The notes under the pieces were generated by a model, which was given only the letters and a program-made list of their open reading frames with translations, did no database searches and was not told where the DNA came from. Of a stretch of 64,000 nt of DNA, positions 63,063 to 64,000 are shown one piece after another (the stretch's first letter is position 1; the number at the start of each line of letters is the position of its first letter). Origin of the DNA: Candidatus Latescibacterota bacterium (GTDB lineage: Bacteria > Latescibacterota > UBA2968); contig OZ242010.1 of the NCBI GenBank assembly GCA_965204745.1, positions 4,608,001 to 4,672,000 of the forward strand, given 5' to 3'. The translations under genes were made by a program, and so were the position numbers.

Positions 63063-64000
63063 ATGATGCCCCGCTACGCTCACTTGTTGGCCCTGGTCGC
63101 GCTGGTCATGCTGGTGGCATCGGGGCCGGTCAACGCGCAGAACGTGACGATTCCCGACGCCAACCTGCGAGCGAAAGTTAATCAGAGACTGAATAGGGCA
63201 ACGACTAGCACTTTGCCGATTACCGTTAGTGATATGGCGAGTATAACCATCCTTCAAGGGATTAGATCGAATATCAGTAATCTAACCGGGCTTGAACATG
63301 CAACCGGACTGCAAAGATTGCAGTTACTCGGCAACAACATCACAAATATCGACTCCCTATACGCCTCAACTAACCTGCATACCCTGGACTTAAGCGAAAA
63401 CAACATCACAAATATCGGCGTCCTATCGAAATTAACCGGCCTGAGAATAAGCCTGAACTTAAGCCGAAACAACATCACAAATATCGACTCCCTATACACC
63501 CTAACTAACCTGAGAAGCCTGAACATAAACGAAAACAACATCACAAATATCGACTCCCTATACACCCTAACTAACCTGAGACAACTGCAAGCAACCCATA
63601 ACAACATCACAAATATTGACTCCCTATCGAACTTAACCGAACTGAGATTGTTGCGTCTTAACAACAACCGCATCTCGGATCTCTCGCCTCTACGGAACTT
63701 AACCCGTCTGGAATCTCTGGGTCTTGACAACAACAATATCACGGATCTCTCGCCTCTCATGCACTTAACCAGCCTGACATATTATGTGACCCTTAACTAT
63801 AACAACATCACAAATCTCGACTCTCTATCGACCTTAACAGATTTAGACCGTCTCGGGCTTATAGCAAATGTGAATCTCTCGGATATCTCGCCTCTATCGA
63901 CCTTAACCAACTTGAAAAGGCTGAATATATACAGCAACCCAAGTCTCTCGGATATCTCGCCTCTATCGACCTTAACCAACTTGGAATCTATTGATGCTAG
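63063..64000 (+). CDS. Secreted internalin-like leucine-rich repeat protein, 3'-partial (absent from the ORF track)
   Basis: Hand translation: MMPRYAHLLALVALVMLVASGPVNA-QNVTIPDANLRAKV...NISNLTGLEHATGLQRLQLLGNNITNIDSL, then 22-23-aa LxxLxLxxNxIxxIxxL repeats with no stop before the window end. Confidence 0.9.
   Translation, partial: MMPRYAHLLALVALVMLVASGPVNAQNVTIPDANLRAKVNQRLNRATTSTLPITVSDMASITILQGIRSNISNLTGLEHATGLQRLQLLGNNITNIDSLYASTNLHTLDLSENNITNIGVLSKLTGLRISLNLSRNNITNIDSLYTLTNLRSLNINENNITNIDSLYTLTNLRQLQATHNNITNIDSLSNLTELRLLRLNNNRISDLSPLRNLTRLESLGLDNNNITDLSPLMHLTSLTYYVTLNYNNITNLDSLSTLTDLDRLGLIANVNLSDISPLSTLTNLKRLNIYSNPSLSDISPLSTLTNLESIDA

Noticed and set aside
63254-63979. Minus-strand repetitive ORFs
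   Set aside because: Antisense shadows of the plus-strand LRR gene

Overview
Bacterial chromosomal window with a GC-rich core and several AT-richer accessory patches. Dockerin-like DFNGD..GFGDF modules, an internalin-type LRR gene and very dense intergenic repeats suggest a host-associated (possibly sponge) Latescibacterota/Gemmatimonadota-like organism; this is inference only. The housekeeping backbone is topA, lepA-lepB-hemW-thrB, asd, sppA, hsp20-clpB and a BamA/TamA-like gene, plus transporters and sugar/opine catabolic genes. Accessory content includes a type II Zorya-like anti-phage operon (zorABE), a decaying toxin-antitoxin cluster, an orphan methyltransferase and several MITE/REP/heptamer repeat families. 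The standout is a complete IS621-like IS110 bridge-recombinase element (26339-27630). Its CT cores, circle-junction sigma70 promoter and full bispecific bridge RNA can all be read directly from the sequence. The target-binding loop is programmed against this genome's own intergenic (G[C/T]AAGAG)n repeat family, and empty target sites are present in the window. No rRNA, tRNA or CRISPR array was seen.
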